Assembly: GCA_004764695.1 (NCBI GenBank)
Contig: SMSO01000025.1
Location: forward strand, 4,938,862-5,002,861
DNA from: Schizochytrium sp. TIO01
Taxonomy: Eukaryota; Protista; Bigyra: Labyrinthulomycetes
Reading direction: 5' to 3'
DNA length: 64,000 nt
This document shows, piece after piece, positions 1 through 12,200 of this stretch. Below the pieces are notes generated by a model. It saw only the letters and a list, made by a program, of their open reading frames with translations, did no database searches and was not told the DNA's origin. A program made the position numbers and the translations under genes. Within the stretch, counting starts at the first letter, position 1; the number at the start of each line of letters is the position of its first letter.

Positions 1-473
1 AGGAAAACAAACCTTTTACTACTCCGTGAAACTAGTTAAATTTATCATTCAGGCAATAGCTTGAACTTGCGCCCATGCGTGACTTACGAGCACTGCAGTT
101 GCAGCAACACTTTTGAATCCTTTTATTTTTTATTATGAGAAATCAGAGTGATAAAATGTTTCTGGTTTTGATTATTTTATTTTATTTTAAAAAGAAAAAG
201 TGATTTATAATAAAAAAATCAGTTGACAATCAGTAACAGTGTATAGATTCGTAGTAGGAGCTAGTTTAAAACAAAATGATGAGCGGTCAGCGAGCAGAGA
301 TCCTGAGCCGAGCTCAGGCCAGCATTTGGCCAGCGAAGCCGCATCACTGAAGAATTGGAATTGTTAAAGCTGGTTCTTGAAGACAGAAAACTCCGAGCAG
401 GCAAACACCTAATTCCATCCAAGACACAGGCAACCAACACTGTACAAGCTTGCTGCAGAGCTTGAGAGCAAAC

Positions 474-1571
474 ATGAACCAAAGGACAGGAAGCATCCGT
501 AACATCTTCCTTGCTAGATCGAGGTCCGTGGGTATCGCAGAAGACGACTCACAGGATGAATTCCGAGACCTTGATGAGCGCGATGAAGACCAGCTACAAA
601 CAATGAGCTCGCAGTCTTCGAGGTTGTCTACATCGAGCGAAGTGAACCGAGACGAGGATGAAGATGACGCAGAACGCAAATCGTCATATACCTTGCGCAG
701 AACCAAGTCGGCCCGAGCAAAACTTGTACGTTCAGTATCCAAGCTCACAAAGCTACGATCAAGCGGTAGCTTTCGCATGAAATCCTTGCGCCAAAGCAAA
801 TCTAGTAGTCTTCAAGACACCGCTGAAGGAGATGAGGACGATGAAGAGTTTATTGCCGTCGCCGAACCAGTGGAAGACGATGAGGAGACTGCTCGCATGA
901 CGATCCGCGCCCTTGAAAAGGAGGCAGCTCTGGGATATAGTCAAAATAACAACCATGCGGTTGAAGACAACTTTCTTTTGGCCCTCCGCCAAAGTCTTGT
1001 CGATGCGAGAGATGTATTACAAGAAAACGAGCAGATGCAATTAGCGATGGCTATGTCTCTGAGTGAAATTGAGGTGGCGAACGAAATCCATTCGGAAAAG
1101 CCCTCCACTACACCTCGCAAGGGTCATCGCTCTGTGTACTCACTACGCCCCCGTCCTCCTGCACCCGTGGCTCGCCGCCCAAGTCTAGTTGCAACCAATG
1201 TTTTGCCAACGTCCAGTTCCGGCACCAGCCAAAGTAACAATCTCACAAATAGTGTTAGCTCAATCCTCCAAGTTTCAGGCGAATCACTAGGTGGTGTGCC
1301 AGAGAAGAAGTCGCAACTCACAAGGTCAACCACTTCTTCTCAGGAGGTTGTGGAGCAAAAAGATGACGTAGATGAGGTCGGTTTTTGGTCTGACGAAGAA
1401 GACGAATTCGACATCAGTGCGCCAGTGGTCCCAGCAACCTCGCCACCTTCATCCCCTTCTGGTAAGACCTCCCACTCTTCAACTTTCCCCCGGGTTACGC
1501 ACTGCATGCATACAAAAGATTTTGAGCGCAACTCTCTTGTAGCATATGAGGATTCCATTCAAGCTGTGTAG
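474..1571 (+). CDS. Mostly disordered protein with two tandem ubiquitin-interacting-motif (UIM)-like helices
   Basis: Long ORF; first ATG at 474. EDNFLLALRQSLVD and ENEQMQLAMAMSLSE both fit the UIM pattern (acidic-hydrophobic-x-x-A-x-x-x-S). The remainder is S/D/E-rich low complexity. Confidence 0.65.
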   Translation: MNQRTGSIRNIFLARSRSVGIAEDDSQDEFRDLDERDEDQLQTMSSQSSRLSTSSEVNRDEDEDDAERKSSYTLRRTKSARAKLVRSVSKLTKLRSSGSFRMKSLRQSKSSSLQDTAEGDEDDEEFIAVAEPVEDDEETARMTIRALEKEAALGYSQNNNHAVEDNFLLALRQSLVDARDVLQENEQMQLAMAMSLSEIEVANEIHSEKPSTTPRKGHRSVYSLRPRPPAPVARRPSLVATNVLPTSSSGTSQSNNLTNSVSSILQVSGESLGGVPEKKSQLTRSTTSSQEVVEQKDDVDEVGFWSDEEDEFDISAPVVPATSPPSSPSGKTSHSSTFPRVTHCMHTKDFERNSLVAYEDSIQAV

Positions 1572-2799
1572 AGTTTTATTTCAATACCTTCAGAGGTTGG
1601 GTGTTAATAATCATTGTACTTTCATTACCAAACTATTACATCGTATTTTAAATAGTGAATTTTCGTGACCTAGATAAAAGTTCATCAGGAATCTCTTCCT
1701 TGGCATCATTATTGAATAACCTCCTACTTGTTTATGTTGTCGAGAAACAACACACAAAACACAAGTACTATTTTGGCAATCATTGTTTTGCCAAAATCAA
1801 TATTTGATGGTCAATTTTTATCATTATGAAGGTTGATGCTTTGGATAATTGAAGAATCAAGTTCATCCATGTTTAGCGCCTTCCTTGGCGAGAGGATCCC
1901 CTTTCGCCTGAACAGAGTTGCAATAGAATTTACTCAATGTCATTTTCCTAATTCATTTAACATAGGCTACCAACGCTCTCTCAAGTCAACTGTTAGATTA
2001 AATATGAATCAAACATAAACCCGACGTATCAACATACCTTCTCTTCTTCCACATGAAGAGTGTCCTTCCCTTCTCTCTTGCTCCCTAGGACAAAATTCTT
2101 CTGCTCTGCTCTGATTTTCCTTACTTTGATGGGAAAATCTGCATTCTTCGAGTTATTTCTAAACGTAACTTCAAAGTTGCACCTCACCTGCTGCATTCAT
2201 ATGCAAAATTTACTCACCAAATTCTTTTTAAAATTTGTTATCCATAGAAAAAACTAATAAAGGCGTTTGCACAATTCTGCTTTTAAATCACTAATCGGCA
2301 ACTGTGTAGACCTTCTAGGAGAAAGTCACAACCACTTTAAATCACTACACAAATGGTTCAATACCCAAGTGATATAATCAATACAGTATCATTCTTTAAT
2401 TTGATACCCTAGGAGTCTCTCCCAAAACGAGTCGAAATGTTGAGCCACCAAAAGGATACATCTTGACAAATGCAGAAAAATGCACAAGTACAAAATTTTA
2501 AAAAAGTTGTATGCCTTTCATGTAGCCATCATATGTCATAAATAGAACAATGAAAGAAAATTTAGCTCCTGCATCTTGTCACAGGAAAATTGCTATGGTA
2601 CATTCCCAACAGGTCCAATGTCTTCTCTTGGTTTCTTGATCCCCCTCCCGCCCGCCCTCTCCAAAAAAAAAAAGAAGCAATGCATTCGAATAAGATAAAC
2701 TCTTCAGATACACTCCTTTGGTCATTTGAGACCAGTGAAGAACATATGGGAAAAGAGGCAGACTCAGTGAAGATGGAGTAGGAGGGGTCTGTTGGTCTC

Positions 2800-3050
2800 T
2801 CCTTAACAGGCTGTAATGACCAGTGGCTCATTATTTGTACAGGTTGTTGCACTTCAAGAGACCCGCCTAGCCCTAAGTTACCTTGCGTCCTCATTTGATT
2901 GCCGGGTTGCATACTGGCTTGGACCTTTAAAGCCATATCTCATTCGGCCATCCTCGAGCGTCAATGAACTTGGAACTCGCTTGTACAGAAAATAAAAGCA
3001 GACTGAAAAATTAGGATTTTGGGCTCTCCATCTTTGCAAGGATCAAAGGA
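2800..3050 (+). pseudogene. Possible heavily decayed protein-kinase relic
   Basis: Manual translation gives LKN*DFGLS at 3003-3029, preceded in a shifted frame by SHSAILER and NSLV (resembling LHS..I.HRD and NLL). Several stops and frameshifts are present. Confidence 0.25.
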
Positions 3051-3565
3051 TACCCATGAGCTTAGCATCAGCCAGTAGAAGATAGATTATTCATGTTGGT
3101 GCAAGGAGCATGCATGATGAGTCTAATCGATATAGGTACTTAAGCATAGTAGAAGAGTGAGTGAATGAAGAAAAGAAAGAAAAGGGAAAAGAAGGGCTTT
3201 TTTTCTTCAGTGTTGCCATAGTATACCTATTCCCCTACCAAGTACTTTAAATGGCTTTCTTCTCCCTTTCTCCTCCTCCTTGACAGGGCTGCAACAGCAG
3301 CATATAACCAGCAAACTCCATAATCGGAGGCCACTGCGCTGAGGTCGGGAAAGTGGCAACCTGCACGAGCCTTGTCGGTGTTTTTGAAGAGGCGTACAAC
3401 GCGCCTGGACGAGACTAGTTCGAACTGGAACTCTACGAAGGATACGAAGGGCGCAAAAGCCATATTGAAGAGCTAAGAAGACATCCAACGAGGCACCCCG
3501 AGGAGCAGGAGCACGAACAACGGAGCAACAATCACCTCGCTGAAAACAATTGAACCTGCCAAAGC

Positions 3566-5113
3566 ATGCCTGTGGGCAAGGAAATTGTCGTCACGCTTCG
3601 TGCAGTTGCGACAGTATGTGCAGTGCAAGTGTTTGGCATTGCTCTTGTGCGTGCTGGTATTATTACGCGCCCTACTGTAAGGGTGCTCTCTAAGTTAGTG
3701 CAAGAATTCTTCCTGCCTGCATCTGTATTTATCCGGATAGGGAGCATATTAACTCTCGAACTTCTACGTAGTATGTGGATGCTACCGCTTGTGTACATCT
3801 GCATGGTTTTCGTCAACGTAATCTTTGCACGCCTAGTGCTCCTCCCTTTCTCGGGGTCACCAAAATGGTTTCGGCCATGGTTTGTGTTGACAGTATCCTT
3901 TCCAAACATGGTAGCAATTCCGCTCATTTTCGTACGAGAGTTCTGTACCATGCTTACCTTCGAGGCAGATGGTAAACCCATGACTGTAGAAGAATGCACT
4001 GCGCAAGGTGAACTGTTTCTTTTTTTCGCTGGCCAACTTGTAACCTTTACATTCTGGATGGTCGGCCCTGAGATGGTAGCGCGTGCGGGAAGTAGTACCT
4101 CAACAAACCCAGGGGTAGAAGGAACCAATAGGGAAAGGTACGCGCGCGTGGCGGCTGACGAAGAAGCAGACTTGCGTGTTCTTGATATCCGTAGATCCTC
4201 CTCTTTAGACTATGAAAAAGAGCGTCATTTGCGGCGAAACTCTGAGGATGGACTTGAAATGTCAACCAATGGACGCTTGCATACTCATCGTAGTACGTAT
4301 GAAGATAGCGGAGCCAGTGGCAGCAATAACAACAGTAATGTTGCTGGTGATAATAATAGCCGCGGCAGTCTTGTGGACGATGAAGAAGACAATCGTCTCG
4401 ATATGCTTAGTGACCAAGAAAGTATCAATGGAGTTGATGACGGATTGTTAGACGAAGAAAATGAGAAGACGTCGAACTCTTCTTTTGAACTGGAAGGGGA
4501 AGCACGAGCCACCTCGCAAAGTAGGGAGCAGAGCTCACGATTCTGCAGCAAAAAATTATGTGCTACAATTATTCGGGTACTCAGTCGGCCACCCACAATA
4601 GCACAATTGATTGCAGCACCAATTGCGCTTACACCAATCCTCCACAGTGCTGTTTTTGATCACGACTCTGTACTTGCACCAGTGGTCAGTGCTTTGACAA
4701 CTATGTCATATGCCCTTGTTCCTTGTATGAATTTGGTGGTTTCCGGTAGTCTAGGTCTTAGTTTTTTTGAGCCCAAGAATGAGTCGCATGCTTCTCTCTT
4801 CGCGATTGTTCCTCGCCGCACACTAGCTATTCTCCTGATCAGCCGTATGCTGATTCTTCCTATGGCGTCATTCTCCGCATTGTGTGCTCTTCAACCAACC
4901 TTGTTCGGAGACTCTGAAAATACTTTGATGATGGCCGTAATGTTCATGTCAGTGTGCACGCCAACGTCTAATGGTTCGGTAGTATTACTTTCAAACTCGG
5001 AAGACCCTAATGCTGCTGATGCCCTCTCCCTCGTGGTGCTAGGTCAATACCTTTTAGGCCTTTTTTCAATGACTAGCTTCTTGATCTTTACATTTCGTCA
5101 TTTGGACATTTAG
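3566..5113 (+). CDS. Auxin efflux carrier (PIN-LIKES/Mem_trans) family membrane transporter
   Basis: 515 aa with two hydrophobic halves separated by a long acidic/Ser-rich loop. Motifs LSKLV..FFLP, SFPNMVAIPLI, SRPPTIAQL, SRMLILP and TPTS match the PILS/AEC layout. Confidence 0.85.
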   Translation: MPVGKEIVVTLRAVATVCAVQVFGIALVRAGIITRPTVRVLSKLVQEFFLPASVFIRIGSILTLELLRSMWMLPLVYICMVFVNVIFARLVLLPFSGSPKWFRPWFVLTVSFPNMVAIPLIFVREFCTMLTFEADGKPMTVEECTAQGELFLFFAGQLVTFTFWMVGPEMVARAGSSTSTNPGVEGTNRERYARVAADEEADLRVLDIRRSSSLDYEKERHLRRNSEDGLEMSTNGRLHTHRSTYEDSGASGSNNNSNVAGDNNSRGSLVDDEEDNRLDMLSDQESINGVDDGLLDEENEKTSNSSFELEGEARATSQSREQSSRFCSKKLCATIIRVLSRPPTIAQLIAAPIALTPILHSAVFDHDSVLAPVVSALTTMSYALVPCMNLVVSGSLGLSFFEPKNESHASLFAIVPRRTLAILLISRMLILPMASFSALCALQPTLFGDSENTLMMAVMFMSVCTPTSNGSVVLLSNSEDPNAADALSLVVLGQYLLGLFSMTSFLIFTFRHLDI

Positions 5114-5879
5114 TTGTGAGAATAGCTGATAATATCTGTAGGGTACCTAGTCTATATATAAACACGCACGCTCTTCTCTATGGTCCCAAACATGTAAAAT
5201 CGTACCTCTTTTGACACAGGTATGCTCTCTTTTGAACAAGAGAATATTTCCGACAATAATTAAGATTATACTGCATACTTCTGTGAATCCTTACACTTTT
5301 CAGCTGATAAGCTTTCTTCTATTGTGTCCCTAAATATCATAATTGTGCTCTAAAACAGCGGATTTTCGATCTGCTGCAAGTGGCCGAAGCATATTTCCTT
5401 TTTTGCAACAAGCAGAAGGCAAATATAGCATTAGCTTCTTTTCGGTATTGATTTGAGACATGGTATAGCATGAATTGATTAAATTAACAGAGTAAAATAT
5501 TCAAAAATATTTTATAGATGTTACAAAATCAGTCTGTTAGTTGCAACTTCAGTTTTACAATGCAGTCATGTCATTGACCCTCGCTAGACCTTCTGATTGT
5601 TAATTGCTTTTATTCCACTTTACCCAGGATAAACGTTAAAACCAATTTAAATTTAATATGACTTTTCAGCTTCTGCGATCAGTGATGTAATTCTAGTTGG
5701 AACCTTTTCGCCTATTTCGTCATGACACATGGTGCGCACCAATATGCTACAATAGAACATTTAACTTTGGAAGTCTTTCCTTATCGACATTCAAATTCAA
5801 CTCTTTCAATGAAATCCTGAGGAAGTGTCGGTTAAGTGAAAGTTGTTGTAAACTGGGGAAATATAAAGTTCCTTATGGT

Positions 5880-7340
5880 TTAGGCTTGATCTTTCGTGCT
5901 GCTACCTAGACGTTTGTGAAAACTGGATTTGGCTGCATTTTTTAGAGTGCCAAGCTCACTATCTGTGAATGCACACATATGTACCTCCTCGAGACCTTTA
6001 TAAAACCCATCTTGGATAGCCTCTACTCCGATTTCTAGAACGCGATCAAGCGATTGGTTGCCGCGGAAGATTCCTGCAGAGAGTAAGCTGAACGCTATGG
6101 TTTTGAGATTTTTCTCTTCTGCGCGTTTCATAGCAGCAAGGTAAGCTTTCCGTAAAATTTCATCTGCTGCTTCCAGAGACGGAAACGCAGTGTACTGCGG
6201 TCCAACAGCATGTATACAAAAGGAAGAATTAAGGTTGCCACCAATTGTGATTACTGCGTCACCCGTATGGCAGCGTACATTTCGAGTTCCAGGAAGAACT
6301 GGCAAGTCCTGTCGCGCCTTCGCTAGTACTTGACCTCCTTCCCGATTGATTGCCCCATCAACACCTCCCCCGCCAAGGCAACCTTCATTTGCAGCATTTA
6401 CTATTGCGTCTCCATGAAATCCTACAACTGAGCCTTGCGAAACCACAAGGTAGCCTGTATCACTGTTTGCGAACTTATACACATCTCTGGGATACACGTT
6501 ACGCCACTTTGCGCTAGACTCCATAGCTTCAAGGACACTGCTTGGAGGCGCATTAGGAGGCCTGGTGTTGTTGCCGACTGCGGCTTGCCCTTCTTCCTCA
6601 GGGACGACGTTTCCTTTTGAAGGTTCTAATGCATCAGACAATTGTTTTACTGTATTCCTCTCATTGAGCGTGTTGGACGAACCCAGACCATTGTCTATTT
6701 TCATATTTGTGAGCTTATCACCTACTTCGCTCAGCTGTGCGAAAGTTTTAGTATTGCTCTCCTGTCCAGACTCTAGTTCATGAGCGCCAACTTCGTCGAG
6801 TCCACTTTCGCTCTGCTCTGTTTTCGACTTGAGTGTGCTGATTGGGGAGTCGGCTTCCGCATCTGCCATGTTGAGGTCTCTTTTGTGGCGATAGAGTTTC
6901 GCAGATGCGTGCAAATTGTGCGCAAACGTCAAGGCGCAGCAGGGAAATGGACTTGGGCGTTGGCAGTACTCTGTGTCACTTTCAATCTTCAAAATCCTGG
7001 TAATACTCCTATTAGTAATATTGCTACTAAACCTCTGTGCATTAATGCAATGAGGAGATTTATCGTTGTGATTCGTATCCCACATAAAAGGGCCACGCAG
7101 AGAAGCACGAGTAGTATTAGTAGTAGTGGTAGTAGTACTCGTAGTGAGACCTCTTCTTTCTTGGCTGCGTTGTTGATTTGGAGAAGAGGCAACTTGATCT
7201 CTTGAACTAATGACGAAGGCCCGAGGTTTCAAAAGACAAGGGCTATGACACGACACGACTGTACATGGTCTAGGCAGAGATGGAGCTGAGACACGGGCAA
7301 GGAACTGAGACGAACTGAAACGCCACATTGTGGCGAGCAT
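5880..7340 (-). CDS. MacroD-type macrodomain protein (ADP-ribose / O-acetyl-ADP-ribose hydrolase-like) with long N-terminal extension
   Basis: C-terminal DAIVNAANEGCLGGGGVDGAI, TGDAVIT, IHAVGP and AFSLLSAGIF are MacroD signatures. ATG at 7340; alternative ATG at 6869 (MADAEAD). Confidence 0.9.
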   Translation of the reverse strand: MLATMWRFSSSQFLARVSAPSLPRPCTVVSCHSPCLLKPRAFVISSRDQVASSPNQQRSQERRGLTTSTTTTTTNTTRASLRGPFMWDTNHNDKSPHCINAQRFSSNITNRSITRILKIESDTEYCQRPSPFPCCALTFAHNLHASAKLYRHKRDLNMADAEADSPISTLKSKTEQSESGLDEVGAHELESGQESNTKTFAQLSEVGDKLTNMKIDNGLGSSNTLNERNTVKQLSDALEPSKGNVVPEEEGQAAVGNNTRPPNAPPSSVLEAMESSAKWRNVYPRDVYKFANSDTGYLVVSQGSVVGFHGDAIVNAANEGCLGGGGVDGAINREGGQVLAKARQDLPVLPGTRNVRCHTGDAVITIGGNLNSSFCIHAVGPQYTAFPSLEAADEILRKAYLAAMKRAEEKNLKTIAFSLLSAGIFRGNQSLDRVLEIGVEAIQDGFYKGLEEVHMCAFTDSELGTLKNAAKSSFHKRLGSSTKDQA

Positions 7341-8467
7341 ATATTTTGGAGCTGCGAAATATCTTGGGGTTCGAGTTTTGCTATTTCGTCGAAGGAGAGA
7401 AAAGGTTGAGTACTCGCTAATAGGTGGTATTCTTAATTATTGCTGCAGTAATGAGCCGGGACCTTCTGTAGTATGTGATAAATCATTCTGCGTTGCTTTA
7501 AGGCGACCCCCAAAGCCATCGCGGCCATTAAACAATAAACCAGCAGAGAAACAAGAAAGAAGCTAATTCCTTGAAGAAAGTGAATGTGTCAACAAACAAG
7601 TTGATATCAGGTCGTTTTAAAGCTCTTAAACTCTTACTTTGTTGAAAAAGCAAACAAAAACAATAATTGAGATTTCGTTTTAGTGATTTTGCTTCGTGCG
7701 AATCTTGCGTTATACTAATTCGCTGGAGTACACAGCTCTTCAAAATAGTATCCCCCGTTTATTATCATTGGTCAGGCATTTCAAAATTTTATAACATCCA
7801 TCTGTGGGCGAAACCTCAACAAGGATCAATACAACAAGATAGAAGCAGGATACTTTTGAGCAAGGTGTTTTCTAAGCTCATGCGGCTTTTGGGAGCATCG
7901 GGCTTTGCAAAGGGTGCAAAATCAACTGAGAAATTTGCTTCGCATGTCATGTCATGTTAATCATATGTTCTAAATCTGCCAACAAATCCCACACGCACAC
8001 TTAGGGCGGCAATTATTTCATGAAAAGGCACTCTGAGTCTTGCACTGCGACATGTATGAGCACAAGAACGAGGCCTGTGGTGCACTGGTGAGGCAAAAAG
8101 CTTTTTAAATCAAGTCCCTATGATATAACCATGAAGCGCAGGTTTCGATTTCTTCGTATAAAAAAACCAAAACAAAAACAGCGTTGATGTGATTTTTAGA
8201 TTTTCTTGCAACACAGCGTCTCCAAGTTCGTGACGAAAAGGCTCACAATAACTACGGATCGTTTTCTCCTGACGCAAAAATCTTATGCTAAGAAGTATTC
8301 AGAACAAAAGAGCATATTTGCGGTGCTTCTTGAATTCTTAGTCAGATCCCTGAGGAAAACAAGAATAAGGAGAAGCCGAAGGTTATGTAAGGAGGAAACT
8401 GAGAGCAGACGAGTTTACTGCTGTAGCAAATTACTATGCTATATACGCGCACTTTAAAGAGCAAAAT

Positions 8468-9286
8468 TTAGTCCTCCATCAAATGTTGATGCATTTGCAT
8501 ATGTTCATGCTGCTGTTGTTCAGCATGCCAGAGTTGCAAGTTGTCCTTGATAAGCTGTAGAATAAGAGAAGCATCTCGGTAGTCTTCGTCTGCCTCGATC
8601 TGATCCAGCTCACTGTTGGCGCCGTCAAGAGCAGTCTGTGCAATATCACGAGCTCTCCTGAAGTCCTGCATAATTTCATGGTAAAAAACTGAAAGGTTAA
8701 GTGCCAAGCCGAGACGAATGGTGTTAGCTGCAGGAAGGTCCTGCGCAATGCGTTGAGCTTCATTGTAAGACCTCAGGGCTTCTTCCGAAGCTTTGCTGCG
8801 GTGATCATTTTGTGTGAACTCAGCAAGGTAACGATAGTAGTCACCCATCATTTTGTGGCAAAACACTTGTGATTCAGGCGCCCCCGCCTGTTGCAGTAAG
8901 GTCTCACGCAAGAGAGATAGCGCCTCTGCGCAAGCGGCTTCAAGCTCAGATTCAAGTTGGCGAACGTAGTCGTGAAGTTCTTGGCCTTGCAGTTCTTTGA
9001 TCATGTTCATACTTGGGTTTGGTACAGACATATCGAAAGTATTCTGAGCGATCGCAGTCAAGGTACGCCAGCTTTGTCGAAGGACCCCAACGCGTTGTTT
9101 AAAGGCTACACTGAGCAAATTTCTTTCTTCCACGCTGAGTTCTTGCTTGTCGATTTGTGCCTTTTGTGCAAGGACTTTTACAAAGCGCACCATATCTTCC
9201 CAGCGCTCGGCATGTTCTGCAAGATGGGCGAACTTGACCAGGGCTTGCCGGCTCAGATGGTGTAGCTCCGCGCTATTGACTTGCAT
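8468..9286 (-). CDS. 14-3-3 protein (divergent paralogue)
   Basis: Motifs AEHAERWEDM, ELSVEERNLLSVAFK, KMMGDYYRYLAE, IRLGLALNLSVFYHEI and LILQLIKDNLQLW. First ATG at 9286; the ORF-track start at 9334 is TTG. Confidence 0.95.
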   Translation of the reverse strand: MQVNSAELHHLSRQALVKFAHLAEHAERWEDMVRFVKVLAQKAQIDKQELSVEERNLLSVAFKQRVGVLRQSWRTLTAIAQNTFDMSVPNPSMNMIKELQGQELHDYVRQLESELEAACAEALSLLRETLLQQAGAPESQVFCHKMMGDYYRYLAEFTQNDHRSKASEEALRSYNEAQRIAQDLPAANTIRLGLALNLSVFYHEIMQDFRRARDIAQTALDGANSELDQIEADEDYRDASLILQLIKDNLQLWHAEQQQHEHMQMHQHLMED

Positions 9287-12200
9287 CTCTCCCAGCCTAC
9301 AACCAGTTGATAAAGCCGATGATGTGCTGCTCAATCGTTCGTTTTTTACGAGGCGGCAGAAACGTGTGAACAGCCGGTTGGCTGTTTTAGTTGTTTATTT
9401 TGGATGTAGGTGAGTCAAGTCGAGGGATGACAAGTGAATGAATCGAGTGAGTGAACGAGTGAATGGACAGAAAGACAGACAGACAGACAGACAGACAGAA
9501 CAAAAGAGGAAAAGGAGAAAGTAAGACAAACAGGTAAACGAGCGAACGAAGCAATGAGCGGATGAACGGGTAGTCGCTTGAGTAGACAAATCACTACAAG
9601 ACGGCAATTGCAAGGGGTGTTTCGGTCCCGCGTTGTTGTCCTACGAGAACGAGTAGGTTGGTCTCCTTTTCAATTCAATTCACTTTCTGGTTTAATTTGA
9701 TCTGTTTGTTGTTATTTTTGGCTGTCGTTGGAGTATGTGCTGATGCACATCGGTACCCTAGTTCTAGAGAAAGTTAGTATTGTGGTGGCGGTGGTCATTA
9801 CTCTTACCTGAAGTTCCTCCTCACTCTCATCAGGAAAGTCAGCACTGGAATGGTAAGGAGATACTACCTGAATAGCATTATTTTCTCATTTTCTGGTGCA
9901 GGGAGGCTGTCTCTTTCCTTAAATCTTTCTCTCCTCTTTTTCTTTTTTTTTTTTTCCACTGTCAAGCAGACGTAGTGAGGTGCCTACAAACCCAGTAGTG
10001 GACAGTACAGTAATATGTACTAAAAGTATACTGTAGATACTCTTCCCTTCGCATTTCTCACGAGAGCAATAATCGCCTCTGACTGGTAGAAGGTGCTATT
10101 GAGCCACCTGAGACTACTACTAGGCTCGATATAGCTAGATAACTAATACTTACAATAGACACACTTAATAACGATGAATACTTTGAGTTTTGGTTTGTTC
10201 AAGCAAAGCAATTAATCCTAGACATACCTATCTAGTCATCATGACATCATGAAGTTATCGTCTTCTTTTCCTAAAAGCTTCTTCTTTCATAGTTCCCCCC
10301 ACCCTCACCCTCTTTAGGTCCGAACAATTCACTTATAAAAGTATGCTAGGTACTTCAAACAAGTTTAGATTCAGTTAGCGTAAGGGTGAAGGTCAAGAAA
10401 ACTCAAACATATCTGCTGTTGTCATAGTACTGCAATGGTATTAATTTCCATCACTAGAGCATGCTTCGGTACCTAAACATCGTTGTCGACCTGCAACCTC
10501 TATCACTAGTCAAAGGCTATCCCTCAATTTTTTTTACTTGGGCAAAAACTCGAGTTAAAAAATCTTCCCAATGGTCTGCAGTGAATAAAATAAACTTTCA
10601 GGGCTTAAACGTTCAAGTCTTAGTGACACTTCAACAACGAACTACCTAGCGTAAAACTTATATCGAACTTTTAAACAGGTTGGATGCATGTATTAATCAA
10701 TTAGTTCCTAGTCAGCCTTGTGGCTCCATAAATGTTTACACCAATTGCTGGGGATGATAAATTCGGATAGACATAGTTCGTTTCTAATACTAGCAGCCTT
10801 CCTTGAAGCTAGAGTTTCTTAATTAATACATATTGACGATGCTAGTGAGTACAAGTTGCCAGAGCAAGTGCAAAATGCAAAATAAAAATGTGTACTGATA
10901 TTAGTTGTGAAAACAACATCGACTCAGCTGCTTTAATGCCTGCCGTGTGTCAGAAGTAATTTAATATTTCGAAATATTTGTAGCATTTTTATGAGACACT
11001 CTATTAGTCAAACGTCAATACGTCAGCATCTGCCATGATAAAAATTGAGAAGGAAAAAAACGAGTGCCAGAGAGCTACAAATCTTCGCAATCAAAATAGA
11101 TGAAGTCGTGCGAATCAACAGTTTAGCGATGCATTTACGCCCAATTAAAGAAAATGTTACTATATTGTGATTTTTTTTCTCTCACAAGACTTGGACTTGC
11201 GCTAATATAGGAAGGATTCAATACCAATAAATATCAGGCAGAATTTGGCAAAACTAGGAATTTGGCAAAAGTCAGTCACAGAAGAAGTAAAACGAAGACC
11301 GTGGCCCACTTCAGCATGAAACCATACAATAGAAATTGAGCGAGACCTTTATGCTTTGCTTGAATGACATAACAAGAGCGTTTCTACAAAACAAAGAGCT
11401 ATTATCTCACGATGTTTGGTAAAAGCACCAGAGGAGACTGCCAAAAGTCAACCCGACGAAAACAGGGTCTGTGAAGATTCAAAACCGAGGTGAATATTGA
11501 CAGTAATTTGAATTAATCCTATCGAACTAATATGATCCTTCATGACAACGAGATATTTGCTCACACTCTTGGCCATTAGTTGTCATTCATGTAATCTTTT
11601 CTGAATAACGGCGGCTTGGTACTCATTTACCGTACGTGTTGTCTTGTATCAGATACATTTAGACTTTATAATTATCTGCCTTTGCCTACGTTTGCCTTCG
11701 TTTGCCTTCGATTCGCCCAACTTCTGTCGAACTAGTCTAGCAATGAATAGAACTCCTGGCGCGAGCGAGAGCATGCAATTTTAAAATGTAAACAGTTGGA
11801 AAAAACTAACCTTGATAGCCCGTATTTAGCTACTACTAAGCGCACTAACAGTGGCGAGTAAAAGTCTATGATAGTACTAAGATTAGAGACTCTCTAAGAG
11901 TAGGAGAACAAAAGGCCGCAACGAAGCCACAGAAAGTAAATAGAAACAGATATACAGACAGAAGCAGAAGCAGAAGACAAGTAAACATCATAATCAATAA
12001 TAGACAATTAATTAGCAATAGAAAGCAATAATAAACAAATATAAGGGAACAAACAGAGCAAAAGGAAACAAAGAAGCAAAGAGTCAAGAAACAGAGAAGC
12101 AAGCGGGAGCGAAACAAAGCCTGCGCTTGCGTGCGAAAGGCGGGGCGGTGAAAAAGAGAGACCAAGGAGAAGCAGGCGGGGCTTTCTTTCTCTCGCCTAG

